Of a stretch of DNA of 64,000 nucleotides, positions 63,146 to 64,000 are shown one piece after another. The notes under the pieces were generated by a model. The model ran no database searches, was not told the origin of the DNA, and saw only the letters and a program-made list of their open reading frames with translations. Both the position numbers and the translations under genes were made by a program. Numbering within the stretch: the stretch's first letter is position 1; each line of letters starts with the position of its first letter. The stretch lies in contig BQFW01000014.1 in NCBI GenBank assembly GCA_020891255.1, positions 930,001 to 994,000 of the forward strand, written 5' to 3'. The stretch comes from Entomortierella parvispora E1425 (taxonomy: Eukaryota > Fungi > Mortierellomycota).

Positions 63146-64000
63146 CTATAGTTTCCTAGACAGGCCCTTTGCGCGGTCTGTCAAGTAAGCCAACACGACG
63201 CCCGAGACAATCCGCGCCAGCGCGTTCCCTGCAGGACCCCACACCATGCCCCTGGACGAGAAATGGCGAGTTGGCATCCCAGGTGCGGTTTCAGCCTTGA
63301 TATAATCTACCATCAACGCCTCGCTCTCGCGTTCTCGCATGGCCTGTCTCATTCGCTGAGCCAAGCCTTCCTGTCGAATCTTTCTATAGAGCTCTTTGGC
63401 CGCGCTGGCGCCTGCACTATCGCGGTATCCATAAATGTAAGCAAGCCACTCCTGAGGTCCATGGTTCATGTTATTGGTCAACAAACGAACGCCCATCCAA
63501 CCCAACGAGATCTCGCTCAGCTTATAGACGACCCAAACGATGAGCATCATCTCGAGAGACCCGGTCAGAACGTGCATGATGCGGGTCCGAAGCCAAGACT
63601 GTTTCCAAAGTCTGTACAACTGAACCAAGATGTTCTGAGACGGACTAGGTCCTACACCTTGATTTTTGAAATGTCGATTAGACTCCACGGACTGATCTCT
63701 CCTCCTGTGCCGATCCATGGACGAGGACAATTCAAGTTCTTCCCGCCGACGACGCGCTGCTCGAACTTGAGAGCCTAGAACCTGAGCCTGGTACTTTCGT
63801 TGGACGCGCTCTGCCTTGGAGATAGTGGGGGCTGCAGTGACAGGTTTCCTGTTGTCACCACCAAACCGTGTCAAGCGCAATCCTGCTCGATCCAGGGACC
63901 ATGTCCCAAACAGAGCCGCGGGTTTGACCACTGGTGGTGTTAATAGCAGTTCCTCGGCTGCCTCTCCAATATCCGAGTCGATTAAAGAGTCGTCCAGCAA
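63146..64000 (-). CDS. Hypothetical membrane protein, 5' end outside the window
   Basis: Open frame of at least 284 codons with a hydrophobic stretch IMHVLTGSLEMMLIVWVVYKLSEISLGWMGV and a second at ALARIVSGVVLAYL. No family recognised. Confidence 0.6.
   Translation of the reverse strand: MLDDSLIDSDIGEAAEELLLTPPVVKPAALFGTWSLDRAGLRLTRFGGDNRKPVTAAPTISKAERVQRKYQAQVLGSQVRAARRRREELELSSSMDRHRRRDQSVESNRHFKNQGVGPSPSQNILVQLYRLWKQSWLRTRIMHVLTGSLEMMLIVWVVYKLSEISLGWMGVRLLTNNMNHGPQEWLAYIYGYRDSAGASAAKELYRKIRQEGLAQRMRQAMRERESEALMVDYIKAETAPGMPTRHFSSRGMVWGPAGNALARIVSGVVLAYLTDRAKGLSRKL

Noticed and set aside
1-64000. tRNA, rRNA, CRISPR array or intact transposon
   Set aside because: By eye I saw no cloverleaf with A/B boxes, rRNA homology, repeat-spacer array, TIR/LTR pair, or transposase/RT motifs.

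Overview
Intron-rich fungal genomic DNA, most likely an early-diverging fungus of the Mortierellaceae (Mucoromycota). That placement is inferred from gene content, short GT-AG introns and abundant CAA/CAG-encoded low-complexity tracts. About 21 protein-coding genes can be reconstructed by hand. In order: AidB-like acyl-CoA dehydrogenase (partial), PKA catalytic subunit, homeodomain transcription factor (TF), inositol monophosphatase, a small secreted CBM14 (peritrophin-A/Avr4-like) protein, a single-TM protein, a GRIP-domain golgin, a tetraspanin-like protein, a Cys/His zinc-finger plus RING protein, TUP1, a FAR1-domain TF, BUD6/AIP3, proteasome alpha7, RPS14, a CCCH zinc-finger protein, an acetyl-CoA transporter, COX6, RIB1, a Ral2/Mds3-like Kelch-BTB protein, a secreted tandem beta-sandwich protein and a partial unknown membrane protein. 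I could support no tRNA, rRNA, intact transposon or CRISPR array. I did not find a convincing new multi-gene system. The best leads are the standalone 83-aa CBM14 protein, a PKA with an atypical Gly-loop and expanded tails, the intronless zinc-finger/RING gene, a possible intronic alternative start in the tetraspanin, two GC-AG introns, and unusually long, possibly structured introns in RPS14 and COX6. Exon structures were deduced manually, without database searches.
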